Assembly (NCBI GenBank): GCA_905178155.1
Contig: CAJINV010000002.1
Coordinates: 7,656,743 to 7,720,742 of the forward strand
Length of the DNA: 64,000 bases
Reading direction: 5' to 3'
Source of the DNA: Amoebophrya sp. A120
Lineage: Eukaryota; Protista; Dinoflagellata
This document shows, piece by piece, positions 12,139-27,000 of the stretch. Each line of letters opens with the position of its first letter. Position 1 is the first letter of the stretch. The notes beneath the pieces were generated by a model. It searched no databases. It was not told the origin of the DNA and saw only the letters and a list, made by a program, of their open reading frames with translations. The translations under genes were made by a program, and so were the position numbers.

Positions 12139-13595
12139 TCATTTTTGTTTCTTCATCTCAGGCGCTTTGGCCACATTGAGAAACTCCGCATCAGTTTGTT
12201 CGAGCAGCGTGGTGCTCTTCGAGGGGTTCATAACAGAGGAAGACTCGTTGCTGATCGTGGTCGAAATTCCTTCGCGGTTCTTCGAAATGGACGACTCTCC
12301 GCTGCCGCGCACCAGCAGTCCCTGGTCCTGCAAGTACTGGTTTACCATTTTCGGCAGAAACACAGATTGCAGCTTGAACACGACATTGCAAACCACCTTC
12401 GGCACGCCGAACAAGGTCCAAATTGAGCCGTTCTTGTGGTATTTCTTGGAGAAAAACGCTAGGAATAGGAAGAAGTACGAGAAGCAGAGAAACGCGTTCA
12501 AGGCCGAGTAGGTGAGCAGACAGGACGTGGTTGCTTGGTCGATTGGGCGGACGAATACGGAGTCGTACCAGAACGGCTTGCTGGCTAGTGTTTTACCGCT
12601 CTGCGAAGTAGGTCCAGCCAGCGCGCAGGTGAAGGGCCGGTAGGATGATGTTTTTTTACTAATCTGACCCGCAGCTGCACCGTCAATACTGTCCTCGTCG
12701 TAGTACTGCGAAAAGGTGATCAGATTCCAAACGAAGCCGCCGAACAGGTGGAAGATCTGCATGCTGGTAATGTACTTCGCAATCTTGGCCATGCCGGGAA
12801 TTTTCGCGTAATAGAGGTACATGACCACGTGGATGAAGGAGTTCAGCATACCAATCCAAAACCCGGCGCCGGTGAAAAGACCAGTGTAAAAGGCGAGGTA
12901 GGTGGTGGCATGGTGCCAGACGTGCAGCATCAGCAGCGGCTTCCCATTCAAAATCAGGATCACCTGTTTATTCGTGATAACGGAGGCGATGGGTTCAGTT
13001 CATCTCCAAGCATTTTTAGCATAGGTGATAATTTTGTCCGCACCTACATCAACGCAGGTAACAGCAGGTTCCTAGTTTAAGCAAATACCACTGGTGCTAG
13101 TTGTGACGAAAGATGTCCACAACTACATCAAACAGAACTGTGGCATTTTTTTACCGTATCCAGCGTCTCGTACAGTTTTGACGCCAGAAACGCAACCAGA
13201 GCGACGGGAAAAATCTGGGATTGCCGCCGCATTTCCGACTGCGTCATCACGGTGTAGAAACTTGGGTCCTTGTTCCCGTTCTTCTCTATGAGGATCTGCG
13301 TATCCTTGTAAAGAAGCACAATCACGTACATCAGAAACGCGGACTGCAAGGCCAGAAACACATTGTGCGCAAATTGGATCGGTTGGGAAACCAGCGAAAT
13401 TTTCGACGACGGCGCACCATCCTCACCTCCTTTTGCTTTGCTCACCAGCCCGCAGCAGGCGCTGCGCACTAGCCCGGCACCCGCAAGCGCGATGAAGTAG
13501 GCCGGAAAGGAGTAGGGAACGTATTCTTCCAGTGCCGCAGCATGCGGCGAGAGCAAGTCGATCAGACTTGCTTCATCCAGCAACAGTGCGCTCAT
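12139..13595 (-). CDS. ELO/GNS1/SUR4-family fatty-acid elongase (~421 aa)
   Basis: Exons 13595-13155 and 12963-12139 with a GT-AG intron. Joined sequence SKLYETLDTVILIL..LHVWHHATT carries the KxxExxDT and HxxHH boxes, followed by NSFIHVVMYLYY and TSMQ motifs. C-terminal KKQK resembles a dilysine ER-retrieval signal. Confidence 0.93.
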
Positions 13596-14595
13596 TATTC
13601 TTGATTTTTACAACAGGGCCTCACTCTCTACTCCAAGTCTGCCACTTCCGCCAGGGTTGATGGCGCAAAGAGTACAATTTCTCTCTGACTGCACCGTCGA
13701 ATGCCCTACGAATTTATTTGGAGAGAATTTTGCCGATGGCAATATAAAGTGCGAGGCTTTTGACTTTGTTTTTATACGTAATCTTTCCACACAGGTGAGG
13801 CATTTTTGACTCGTAGCGCGTCTCTCGTATACTCTTTCTACTCACCAGGAGCTGAAGGTGAAGGCAGGGGCAACAATTCCTTTTGAAGCTTAGACCTTTA
13901 AGGATTGGCAGCGAAGCTTCTTCATGTCGCGGGTATTCTTTCAACCCAAACTTCCATAACACATAGGATCTTTCTCGGTGTAAGCTACACAAAATGAGAC
14001 ACGAGAAAGCCAGCACCGGGTAGATTTTGTCTCGGTCTCCAAGAGCTTACATTTTGTTTTTTTTTTTCTGAACCTGATGGAGAGGTTCTCCGCCTGGTCG
14101 TAAGTTTTTCGGAGAGTAGCAGCCGCGCATGAGCATCAATTTCAATAAATCAAAAGATGCGAAGAACAAATTCATCTCGGATGGATCAATAGACGATCTC
14201 CGACTGCTACTGAATGTAAATTTCCCTTCGGTCCTGTATTATACTATGAGAAGCAAGTCTTTATTTCTAACACCTACACAGCGCTATCCCCAATGGTCGC
14301 GACGCAAGTCGTCCGCTTGTACAACGAGGGCATCATAGCAAAATAAACTGCCAAAAACTACTAAAAAAGTACCGTGCTGATGCTTCTGCTACCATCTTCT
14401 ACTCCATACGCATCAAGTCGGTGAAAATACGCATTTGAGTGGTGAGCCAGGAGCGTAAACAAGTAAGTACAGAAAAATGAAACTTTATCTGCAGCTATGG
14501 TTACACAAAGAACACAGTGGTGCTCTTCAAGAACATGTCAAGGATGCATGAACGCGAGAAAGCCTAAGTACAGTAGTCTACCACGTACCTCTCTG

Positions 14596-16706
14596 CTACC
14601 GATGATGCCCGTGGTGCGAGGCGGCACCTCCCCCGTGGTACGGCCCCCCGCCCCCACCCATAGCGTCTCGCGCCTTTGCCCGACGTTCCGCCTCTTCCCT
14701 CTCCTTCTTCGCGTCGGCCTGTTGTTTCTCTAACCGGGCGAGCCGCGCGTCTTTCTGGCGCTGCATCTCGGCCTCGGAGGGGGCCGCTCCCAGCGCCGTC
14801 CCACTGCCAGAAGAGCCCCCCGTGGTTCCGCCAGCAGTTGACCAGGTGATTCGTGCCTGTTGCTGCCCAGCACCACCGGTCGGTTGCTGCTGGTGCTGCC
14901 CCCCCGCTCCACCGCTCGTGTATTCGCCGCTGGTTCCTCGCGGAATGCCCGTTTCCCCAGCTGCAGCTCCTCCAAGTGGGTTGTTTACCGGGTGCGTGGC
15001 GTCGCCCCGCTTTATCAGGTAGGATTTCGGTGCGGTGTCCTGCTCTCCAGAGGCTGCATTTTGGCTGGCTCGCTGCAGTGCGCTGGCGGTCGAGCTGAAA
15101 ACCGGCTCTCGTTCCTCGAGTCCCTGCGTCTTTGCCAGCACGTGGTCGATCGTAGCCAGGACTTGGAGGTTGTGGAAGTTCTGCGAATGCGCCTTGACGT
15201 AGCCGATCTGCAGCTGCGTTTTCTCCTCCTCCAGGTCGCGAATCTTCATCGCCGCGCCCACCAGCATGTCGGAGATCTTACTCGCGTCCACGTGTTCTCC
15301 CGAACTCACACGCCGGGCCAGGTCCTCCAGCAGGTCCGGCGCAATGTGAGCCGTCGGCCGCTGGGACTGGGATTGCGCCCCTGCGGCTGCTGCTGGCGTA
15401 CCACCTCCTCCGGGGCTTTTATTCACCGACGGTATTGGCTGGTTGCCTGCGGTCGGAGAGCCAGAACCTACGCAAGGAAAAGATGAGGAGCTAAAAACTA
15501 CAAGCAAGTGAGCCACGACATCACGGCCTGTGTCCTGTATGTCTGCGAAGGAACAGGAGGTAATATTTTATATTCCTCATTTCTGGAACGAAACAGGACG
15601 AGAAGCAGAAGCACAAACATTCGTTGAGCAGGCACGCAGTTCTACTTTTCACTCGGATGAATAAGCAATAGGAATAGGAACGAATGTATGACGTCCTACT
15701 GAAGAAAACGCGATCAAAATTGAAGATGTTGTACCTGGTACTAATTGCTCCGCAGCAAGAGCACCACCTCCCTCCTGCCCGGTCGCGGCAAGCGCGCCGC
15801 CAGTAGAAGACACGAAACTCGACGGCTGCGCACCACCGGCCGCTGCTGCGGCGGGTGTGGAACCCACGCTCGCGGTTGCCCGTTCCTTGACGAGCACGCC
15901 GTGCTTCAAGACAGTTCTTGTTTCTACGTCTTCCATTTCCGCGTCTTCGGTGCTGAGCGCGAGCAGTTCGTCCACGGTCAGCTTGTTGGGGCCAAGCTTC
16001 GCCTGTCCTTCCTGGTTCTGACTGGCGGAGGAGCGGCCAGCCGTATTGTGCTCCCAGTCGCGCTTCTTGAAATTGCCAGACTCCACCTGAACAGTGTGAG
16101 TGTGTCTGTGTGCTATGATTTTGTTGCATTCAAAGTCCATCCTCTTCTTTGACTTCCCCTTGACCCGGCAAAAGCAAAATAAACACTCAAATTGCAGTCC
16201 TACAAGGTTACGGCATTGATTTCATTATCAACCTTCGTAGCAGCAAGCTGCTGGCTTTTCTCCCTTTGCTTCGCTTCCAGCATCTCTAAGCGTTTTTGCC
16301 TGATATTCTCCGCGTCTGCAGGCCCACCAGCGCCATGAGAAGTAGTGCCTAAACTCCTGGCCACTGGCTGGAATCGACCACTTGAAGCTGCTGCAGTTGC
16401 TGTCCCCCCAAGAACAGCCGCGCCGCCGGCAACGACCCCGCCCGATGTTGGTGTAGCCGAGCTTGTTGCGTCCTCTGCAGGTGGCATCGGGCTGTCTTCG
16501 TTGGGATCCAGCAACGCAGGTCCTCCGGGCATATTTCCACCGGTAGAAGTGGTGCTCATCGTCGCTGCATTCAGGGCTTTCAACCTATGGAAAGTTCTCG
16601 CCGTCAGCTCGGTCTCGTCCATATTTGGGTTCAGTGCCCGCTCTCGCGCCAGGGCCTCGCGAAACCGCTTTTTCGCCTGGTCCTGCTGCTCGCTCGTGGT
16701 GTTCAT
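14596..16706 (-). CDS. Hypothetical protein (~565 aa), low complexity with short charged helices
   Basis: Exons 16706-16233, 16086-15735, 15467-14596, joined in frame by two GT-AG introns. Two similar helices: ENIRQKRLEMLE and EMQRQKDARLARLE. Confidence 0.7.
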
Positions 16707-18071
16707 TTTCGAATAGTAGGGGGGGTAATGGTAAAGCAAGTTGTAAAAGTACCTAATTATGAAGAAGATAAATCATACGGGCCGCTTTCGATGGTTCCGA
16801 TTGTTTCTGCGCTGGTGCGCGTCGAGGTGGAAATCCAGCCGGAAATACAAATTAAAAAAAGTAAGACTGTTACCGGATGCGTTCGAAAGGTTGTACCAAA
16901 TTTCGACTAAGTTGTTAGCTTCTTTCTTTTTTTTTCGGTGTAGCAATATGCACCTTGGTCAGCAGTTTTGGCAACAACTTCATTTGGCCAACTCGTCAAG
17001 GCACTCGCAATAATCCTCACACTCAAACCAAAACATCAGGATTTCGTTGAAACACCTGTACTTTCCTTCTCACTGTCATTCTGGAGGCAGGCTAGACGCT
17101 CACAGAAAATTTCATTCGGAAGCACCACAACTCATGGGTTCTGGTCCAGGCAAGAAAAGCACGAAAAAAAAACCTAATGAGTCACTCTAGTCACGCAGGC
17201 GGGTGCGGCCGCGGCGAAGAAAAAAATTCAAATTTTTCCAACATCATGAAAAATGGACATCAAAAACAAAAAAAGTGAGATTCATTGGTTCGTTGCACCT
17301 CTCTCATTGCTATTCAAGCTAGATGCTCATTGATGATCGCGAGTAGTTGGACTCAGGCTCACAAAGTGGCTTGAGGCCTCATGTTAATCAGCATGTGGTA
17401 ATGTTAGTCTTTGTTTTTTACTCAGAATAGCTTGCCCTTGAGGCATCATTTTGGTGACCATGTTGTGGAAGAAACCTTTGCTGCTCGGTGTTCATTGCTT
17501 TCTTTGCATACTCCGCTATTGGTTTTGATACTTTAGTAGTTGGAGTATGTAGCTATGTATCAATGGGTCAATTTCAATTAGTCATTTCATGGCTTGTTTT
17601 TTTAATTACAGTATTCATTTCATTGATTTGACGACGTAAAAAGACAACTTGAATTTCTTCATGTTCATTTTGCTTTTGATATTCTACTTTACGAAATAGA
17701 TGCCCACGGACTTCGCTCAAATAGGTGCGAGCTTTTACCACGTTGCTTTGCAACAGTTTATTTTTTAGGGACGAGCCATCCAGCACGTCGCGTTCCTATT
17801 TTCTAAAAAGACAGAAGGGAGGAGCATTCTGACTTGGATTTTTCCAAAAACCAAATCTAGTCGCTCCTGTGAATAATTTGCTAAAAATCAAAACTTTGAG
17901 TAAGGAAGCTATCAAACAACAGATTCTGTATTCTCAACAAACAAATTTGATATTTCTTGGAAACGGCCTTCGCACAAGCATGGTCCAAGACCAAGCAAGC
18001 GTAGGCGTACTATTGTCATGTCAGACTTCAATTTATTACGACTTGCATTCGAGCCCGAATTTTTCATTCAC

Positions 18072-21000
18072 CTATTTCTTTGCTTTTTTCTTCTTCAGCT
18101 CCGGTTTGGGTCCCGCACCCGCGGCCGATCGCGTGACGAGTTCGGCTCGCTCCTGCTGCGCTTGTGCCGAGGCGGAAGAAGACGAGCGGTCGCTTCGGCT
18201 CGCTGAAGAAGTTGATGCGCCTTGTTGTTCTTCACCGTCCCTTGTGGTTGGCTGTGCAAACGCGATGTTTTTTGACACTCCCGCCCTCGGCGTTAGCTTC
18301 CGCTTGGCCTGAGCATTCTGGTGGCCGAGTAGAGATGATGGCTCCTGCTCGATGTTGCTTCTCGCCGTCTTGGTCTTTGCCTTTGTCCCGTCATCCTCCG
18401 GGGTGATACTGAACTCGTCCACGGGAGTGTCCAGGTCTACAGCAATAGCTCGTGTTGTTGGCGACGACGCGGGGACCTGCGTTCGGTTCTGCTGGTTTTG
18501 TGATTGATACCCGAGTTGCGGAGGTGGCGGTCGGACTACCGACTTGGGCGCGACAGGTCGCAATACAAAGTCGCCAGTTGTATTTGTTCCTCCCGTAGCT
18601 CCCACTCCGTACATCGGGGATCGATGGTCGTCGGGGGACACATCGACAGAACTGCTAGTAGTAAACTCCTGTAGCTCTCCTGGACCACCTTCACCTGGAG
18701 GCTCTTGCGTCTTTACCACTTCTGGCGGCTCGCCGGGAGACACTGAGCCTCCGCTCGACGACGAAGACTTCGAGGAGGAAGAGTACACTGCAAGGATGGG
18801 GTTACCATTTGCATCCGGGTCATCGGAAGAATACAATGGACTGGAAATCATTTCTCCGTCGCGCCCCTTGAACAGAGGCACCTTGGTCATCGGCACTCCA
18901 GCTCTCGCACCGTCACTTTCAGGGTTCTTGTGCCTGCCCTTCGTGTAGTAGTGCGGCCTGAGTTCATCTTTCGCTGTGGTCTCGTGATCGTCGTAAGGCG
19001 CCGCCCCAGACTTCTGCGACAAAGTAGTAGTAGCAGAAACTTCAGTTGCTTTGAAGTTAGTTAAGTCCGGAGCGGCCTGATATTTTGACGACGCGGATGA
19101 TTCTTTCGACGATGGTGGCGCGTTGAAGTGCTCGCCGTCCCTTGTGGGGGGACTACGACCTCCTCCAGGAGCTCCTTCACGACTCGAAGATGCAGTTGCT
19201 GCAGCTGCGTTATTTTTTGCCGACTTCTTCTCTTCTTTCACCACTTGTTTTCCCCCTTGTTGCGCTTCTTGCCCCAACAATAGCTCTTGCTGTGCCGTCG
19301 CCAAATTCTGGTCGAGGTACGCACGGGCCTTCTGCGATAATTTCTGCTTGTTTGATGCGGGTTTCGACGACGTCGCAAAATCTTCTTCCTGCGATTCGGA
19401 TTCTTGCTCCACCTCCGTGTTGCTGAGAGAAGTGTTGTAGTCCAACGGGTGCCTTCGCGATTTGCCGTATTCCGCGTTCCCCTCCGCCAGCTCCCTCTGC
19501 ACCGCGGTGACGGCTGTGTTCAAGAAGTCCAAGACTTTTTTCTGCTTTTCCTGCTCTTGCTTCTTCTCCCTCAGCAGCTCTTCTTTCTCCATCGGTAGTT
19601 GCTTCTTCGTCGGCAACACTGCATTCTCGTACAGCGAATCTTCATGTTGCAGGTACAGCTCCTGCGCTGTCTTCACCGCGTTCTTCAGTGCCGCAAGCGC
19701 GTTCTGCCGCCGCTCCACGTCGACCGCCGAGTCGGACGGGAGAACTTCGGTGTCAAACAACTTCTCATTCGGGTGCCCAACAAGATAGTGGTCTTTCGCT
19801 TCCTGCACCGCTTGCTCGAGCGCTTTCAGCGCGTTGCGCCGGTTTTCCACGTCCTTCGCAGCCTCATTTGGCCTCACTTCGTCGTCATACAGCTCATCCG
19901 GGAACTGCAAATAATGCGCTTTCGCCTCGCTCACCGTCCGCTGCAGGAACAGCAGCGCGTCGCGCTTCCGCTGGTCAGCGATCGCGCCCTGGCTGAAGCC
20001 GAATTCGTTGCTGTGCAGCGCATCCTGGTCTTGCACAAACAATTCCTTCGCATCGTTAATCGTGTCGTTCAGTGCGGCCTGTGCGTCCTGTTTCCGTTGC
20101 TGCTCAATGGCGGCTTTGCTGCGGTGGACTTCGTTGCTGTGCAGGGCGTCTTGGTCCTGGACAAACAGCTCCTTCGCATCCTTGATCGCGTCACGGAGCG
20201 CGTCTTCCGCGTCCTGTTTTCTCTGCCGCGCGAGCGCGGATTGGCTCCGCAGCACCTCCTTGCTGTGCAACTCGTCTTGATCTTGGACAAAAAGCTCCTT
20301 CCCATCCACAATTGCGTCCCGGAGGGCGCTTTCTGCGTCTTGCTTCCGCTGGGCTGCGATCGCGGATTGGCTCGGCAGCACCTCTTTCCTGTGCAGCTCA
20401 TCTTGATCTTGCAAAAACAATTCTTTTCCGTCAACGATCGCGTCGCGCAGGGCCGCAGCCGCGTCCTGCTGTCGCTGGGCTTCAATCGCGGATCGGCTGC
20501 GCAAGACCTCGTTGCTGTGCAGCACGTCTTGGTGCTGAACGAACAGCTCCAACGCATCCGTTACCGCGTCCCTTAACGCTTGCCCCGCGTCCTGCGTTCG
20601 TTGTGCTTCGATCGCGGACTGGCTCCTCAACACCTCTTTGCTGTGCAGTCTGTCCTGATCTTGCACAAACAGCTCCTTCGCGTCCACAAGTGCGTCGCGC
20701 AACGCCTGCTCTGCGTCTTGCGTCCGCTGCGCCGCCGTCGCCGCGCGACTCCGCGTTACTTCTTTGCTGTGCAACTCGTCTTGATGTTGCACGAACAACT
20801 CCCTCCCGTCGACGATCGCGTCCCGCAGCGCTTGTGCCGCGTCTTGTTTTCTCTGCGCTTCAATCGCGGACCGGCATCGTTGCACTTCCTGGCTGTGCAA
20901 GGCATCTTGGTCCTGGACGAACAACTCTTGCGCGTCCGCTATCGCGTCCCGCAGCGCTTCCCGCGCATCCTGGGCCCGCTGCGCCTCGATCGCGGACTGG

Positions 21001-24000
21001 CTGCGTTCCACCTCCTTGCTGTGCAACTCATCCTGACCCTGGACAAACAGCTCTTTCGCGTCCTTGATAGCATCCCGCAACGCGTCCCGTGCGTCCTGTT
21101 GTCTCTGATCTTCCAGCGCACCCTTGCTGCGGAGCACTTCGTCACTGTGAAGCCGGTCGTTATCCTGGACAAAAATCTCCCGGGTATCCCGCATCGCCTG
21201 CGCCACCGCTCCGCGCGCGTCCTTGCGCCGCTGCAGGTCCTTCGCGTACTGCGACAAGCGGACACTGTCGTCAAACAGTTCATCCTTGCTGCCGACAAAC
21301 AGCGCCTGGGCGTCGACCACGGCCTGGCGGAGCACCGCGAGCGCGTTTTGCTCCCGTTCCAGCGTCACGGCTGCCTGGCTCTGCAGAATTTCGTTGCTGT
21401 ACACCGTCACCTCCTTTTCGTGCAGCAGCTGTTCGCGCGCTGCTTCCACCGCCACGCCCAGCACGGCGAGCGCCTCCTTCTGCTTGCCGTAGGCGTGGGC
21501 GGACATGCTCGGCTGCACCAGATTGTCGTGCAGGTCGTCGCGGGCTTGCACGACGTGCTCCTGTGCGTCGGCGACGGTCTGCCCCAGGACCGCCAGGGCG
21601 TCCTTGCGCCGCTCGGCATCCAGTGCGTCCTTCGTGGGCAGCACCTCCTCGTGCGATTCCTCCTCATACTCGATCTTCACATCTGACACGGTCTGCCCCA
21701 ACATCGAGGAAGCCATCAAGGAGCTGGTGTCGTGGTTGTCGTTTTAAAATGACATGTGGAATTTGCAGAAATGAATTCCAAGTCGCAAGGGAGTAGCAAG
21801 AGTGTCAGTCATGTCACCCTTCTTCCTTCACAGTATTACTAGTCTCAGCCCAATTGTATGTTGTTCATGTTCTAGACGAAAAGAAAAGAAAACATCCTAT
21901 ACTGCGTCAGACTCTGGCGGGATTCCATCAACGATTGCATTTGACTGGAGGCTAGCAGCTCCCGGGCCTCACCCTCTGCCAGCACCGGTTTTTCGGTCGA
22001 CGCCGCCAGCACCTCGTCCGGTCCACTCGCGCCAGCGGGTTGGGATTCTACTTGCCGCGCTGTACTGGTTCCGCCTGCGGCTCCGACTCCGGCTTGCGCA
22101 TCGCCACCTCCAGCAACTAGTATCCCTCGCTCAGCGGTCACGCCGCCCTCTGCTCCCACTACCGCGCGCTCCTGTTGCTTGCTTGTCGTGTACGTATCCA
22201 GTGCGACAGCCATGCCGGGGATCTCCGGTGGCCCGCGACTGGACACCGCGGCAGACGACTGCGCCGCGACCGATTCCTGCAGAGACGGGGGCTCGTCCCG
22301 CTTGCCTGACGAAGGTGCTTGCGCTTGGTCCTCCGCCGCCTGCCCTGTCGTAATTTGTCCCCCCATCGCATCGGGATCGCCTCCTGGCCCTGCTGCGGTG
22401 GGCAGCGCGCCCGCGGTCCGCATGGCTTGGGTGGTGACCACATTCAACTCGGATTTCTGGGAGACAATCGTCTCCACCGTTTTGTCGATCCCCGCGCCCG
22501 TGTATTTGTCTTGCGACACGACGGTCTCGATGCTCCTGTCGGGCGGCGCGACGGCGTCGGCGGCCAGCCCGCGGGTGAAGGTAACTGCCGGCTCCTGGCC
22601 GGCGCGGCCGTACTGCGGCGGCTGCGCCTTGTACAGAGCTTCGTCGCCCTCTTCTTCCATCACGACCCCATCTCCAGCCGCCTCGCCCTCTCCCGTTGCA
22701 GCGATTTGTTGTTGCCGCGCTCTCGCACTTGACGTAGTACCAGTGAGCGGAACACCAACTCCGGCCTCGTCCGCGTTGTCGATGTCGCCGAGCTCCGCCG
22801 GTGGTAAGTCGCGGGCGGAGGGCAGCGTGCTCGGCGGCGGTGACGGCTTTTCGTCCTTGACACGGAAGTTCCAGGGCGCCGCCCCCCGAACCGGCTCGTC
22901 GGTGTCTGCGTCCGAGTCCGCCTCGACCAGCGCAATACCCGCCATCTCCTTCAGGTGCGCCTGTCGCAGCACCAGACCGGAAAGCGCGTAAAGGATCAAA
23001 ACCACGATGTAGAACAGCCTGTTTGTTGATGGAATAGAGCGACTCGAGTAGTAGTAGTGATTCCCAGGAAGGGGAGAGAAATCTTTTCACTGTTTCTTGA
23101 CATTTTCTAGCTTGAGAAGCTCTATCTCGTACCTTCTGGACCCAGAACCTCTATCACAATAGAGGTTCTGGAGTCAGAACGTCTATTGCAATAGAGCTTC
23201 TGACCCCAGAACGTCTATTGGGATAGCGGTTCTGGGTTCCGTAGCCTCTAGATTTGTTTCTAGACTTTGGCGGCCAAGAATCTAGAAACTAGATTTCTAG
23301 AAATCTAGAAATCTAGAAGTCTGGAAATCTAGATTTCTAGGTTCTAGAAATCTAGAAATCTAGCTTCTAGATTCTGGCAGCCAGAACGCCAGCACTCCTG
23401 CTCCGAGCAGCTAACAGTCCAGCTTCCCTGGTTGCGAGAAGCCGGCAGCTCAGCCTCCCCGGCTCTACGAGAAGCTGGAAGTCCAGCTTCCCCGGCTCTA
23501 CGAGAAGCTGGAAGTCCAGCTGCCCCGGCTCTACGAGAAGCTGGGCGCCCAGCTTCCCCGGCTCTACGAGACGCTGGAAGTCCAGCTTCCCCGGCTCTAC
23601 AAGAAGCTGAAAGCCCAGCTTCCCCGGCTCTACGACAAGCTGAAAGTCCAGCTTCCCCGGCTCTACGAGAAGCTGAAAGTCCATCTTCCCCGGCTCTACG
23701 AGAAGCTGACAGTCCAGCTTCCCCGGGCGGCTCTACGAGAAGCTGGAAGGCCAGCTTCTCCGGCTACGAGAAGCTGGAAGTCCAGCTTCTCCGGCTACGA
23801 GAAGCCGGACGCTTAGGCCCCCCGAGGAGCTGGGCGCTCACCTACAGTGAAAAGATGCGAAAAAAGGACGGCGAGGCCCTTGCTCTTTGCAGGTAAGGCA
23901 TAAGGGTCAGTCTGCCTGCGTGCGCGCCCCCGGGCCAGTCTGCCTGCGTGCGCGCAGTGCGCGATCTTTTTTTCCGACCGGCAAGCCAGCAACGGCCGGA

Positions 24001-27000
24001 CGCGAAAAAAACGCCCCGCGCCCCCGGGGCAATGTGCCTGCGTGCGCGCAGCGCGCAAAATTTTTTTTCCCCTGCGGGCCTCCAAGGAAAGGCTGGACGC
24101 GGAAAAAACACTCCGGCCGGGCCCGCAGGCCAAGGAAGTTACGCACAAAAAGTTTTTCCAGGCCGGCCGCAGGCTGCTAGGCGCGAAAAAAACGCCCCGG
24201 GCCCGGAGGCCAAGGAGGTTGCGTGCGCGCAGCGCGCGAACAATTTACTTTATTCTTTCTTTCAGCCGGGCCGGCCCCGGAAGGGGGGCGGGTCCGCAAA
24301 AAGTCCCCAACCGCGCCCCCGGGCCAACATGTGCGCGCGCGCGCGCGAAAAATTTTCGCCAGCCCGCCCCCGAATGCCGGGCGGAGAGAAAGGCTCCGCA
24401 CAAAGGCTTGCGCGCGCGGAGCGCGCGGAATTTTTTTTCCGGCAAACCCCCAATCGTGGACACGAAAGAAGCGGCCCCGCCCACCCTCTAACGCCACGGC
24501 CACTATGCGCACGCAGCGCGCGGTAAGTTTTTTTCCGGCCAACACCCGGTAGCCGCGCGCGATTCATCACCATCGTCATCACCTTGCTAGCAGGCGAACA
24601 GCTTTCCTCATATTGAAGAAAAACTTTCTGCGCCCATCTCAAGCTAAGGCGGCTGCGCGCGCGCGGCGCGCGAAAGTCGTTTCCGGGACTGCCCGGACGC
24701 CGGACGCAAGCAAAAGCGCGCCAGAACAAGGCGCCTGCGCGCCGCGAATATTTTCCCGGCAAGACCCCGAGGGGGCGGCGCGAAAAAAACCTCCGCGCCC
24801 GCCCGCAGACCAAGGCCGGCGCCTGCGGGCGGGCAGGGGGCGGTGGCGAAAATTTGCTCTATTTCTTCCGGCAGCCCCGGTTGCCGGGTGCAAGCAACAC
24901 CTCGCCGCGCCCCCTGGCCAACATGTGTGCGCGCACAGCGCGCGATATTTTTTTTCCAGCAAGCCCCCGGCCGCCGGGCGTGAAAAAAAGTCTCAAGCCA
25001 CTGACTCACCCACGCAAAGAAAGGCGCGCGCGCGCACGCAGCGCGCTAAAGTTTTTTTTCAGCCGGCCCCCGGTTGCGGAAAAAAATTTCTTACGGAAAA
25101 AAATTTCCTCGCCTACGGGCCGGAAGAAAACTAATGCGCCCGCGCGCGCGCAGCGCGCGAAAATATTTTCTCGACAAGCCCCCGACCTCCGGGTGAGAGG
25201 AAAACCTTCCAAGCACGCCCTCAGGCCAAGGAAGGCGCGCGAGCGCTGTGCGCGCGCGCGAAAATTTTTTCTCAGCTGGTCCCCGGTTGCGGAAACAAAA
25301 TTTCTTGCGGAAAAAAATTTCCTCGCCTACGGGCCAAAAGAAAACTAACGCGTCCGCGCGCGCGCAGCGCGCGGGAATTTTTTCTCGACAAGCCCCCGAC
25401 CTCCGGGTGAGAAGAAAACCTTCCACGCAGGCACGCCCTCGGGCCAAGGAAGGCGCGCGCGCGCAGCGCGCGCGCGCTAAAGTTTTTTTTCAGCTGGCCC
25501 CCGGTTGCGGAAAAAAATTTCTTCGCCTACGGGCCAAAAGAAAACTAATGCGTCCGCGCGCGCGCAGCGCGCGAAAATTTTTTCTCGACAAGCCCCCGAC
25601 CTCCGGGTGAGAAGAAAACCTTCCACGCACGCCCGCGGGCCAAGGAAGGCGCGCGCGCGCGCTAAAGTCTTTTTTCAGCTTGCCCCCGGTTGCGGAAAAA
25701 AAATTCCTCGTCTACGGGCCAAAAGAAAACTAATGTGCCCGCGCGCGCGCAACGCGCGAAAATATTTTCTCGACAGGCCCCCGGCCGCCGGGCGTGAAGA
25801 AGAGCGCCCAGGCACGCCCTCAGGCCAAGGAAGACGCGCGCGCTCCGCGCGCGCGCGCGAAAATTTTTTTTCAGCTGGCCCCCGGTTGCGAGAAAAAATT
25901 TCATCGCCTACGGGCCAAAAGAAAACTAATGTGCCCGCGCGCGCGCAACGCGCGATAATTTTTTCTCGACAGGCCCCCGACCCCCGCCGGGCGTGAAAAA
26001 GAGCGTCTACGCACGCCCTCAGGCCAAGGAAGACGCGCGCGCAGGCGCGCGCGCGCGAAAATTTGTTTTCAACTGGCGCCCGGTTGCGGAAAAGACTTTC
26101 CTCGCCTGTGGGCCAAAAGAAAACTACTGTGCGCGCGCGGCTCGCGAAAAATTTTTCTCGACAAGCCCCCGACCACCGGGCGAGCAAAAGATCTTCTACA
26201 CCCTCGGGCCAAGGCGTGCGCGCGCTGTGCGCGCGGAAAATTTTTTACCGGCCGGCCCCCGATCGCGGGGCGCGAAAAAAATAAAACAGCCCACACCCTG
26301 ACGCCGTACATGGTGAGGATGCGCGCGGCGCACCCACGCGAGGTTTTTTCCGGTCAACGCCTTTTAGCCGGCCATGGAGAGGCACCTCCCTCCCACGCTC
26401 ACCCAAGGCCAGGGCGGTCTGCGTGCGCGCAACACGCGCAAACTTTTTCCCGGACGGCCCCCGACTGCCGAACGCACCGAAAACCTTCCGCGCCCCGAGG
26501 CCGAGGCGCCTGCGCGCGCGCAGCGAGCGCACGACAAATATTTGCCGCCGAGGCCCCGCCTGGAGGACGCGAAAAAAACCCAACCGCCCTCAGACAGGCA
26601 AAGGCGTCTGCGGGCGCGCAACGGGCGAAAGACTTTTTTCGATCGGGCGGCCCTCGATAGCTGGGAACGACCAAAGGCTTCCGCGCCTTCAGGTCGGGGC
26701 GCATGCGCATGCGCGCGCGCGCAACTTTTTTTTTTCCGGCGCGCCGCCCTCGCTGCTGGACGCGCAAAAAACATTCGCTCCGCGCCCCCCCGCCAAGGCG
26801 TCTGCGCACACGCAGCGCGCGCTCGCAGAATATTTTTCCGGCCCGCCCCGGGTTTCCGGACACGAAAGAATACCTTCCACGCCCTCAGGCCAAAGCGCTT
26901 GCGCATGCGCTGTGCACGAAAAAAAATTCTCGGCAAGCGCGCGGCTACCGGGCACGCATAGGGAAGGGCCTCTACGCCTGCCCGGTCATGGCGCGCGCCT

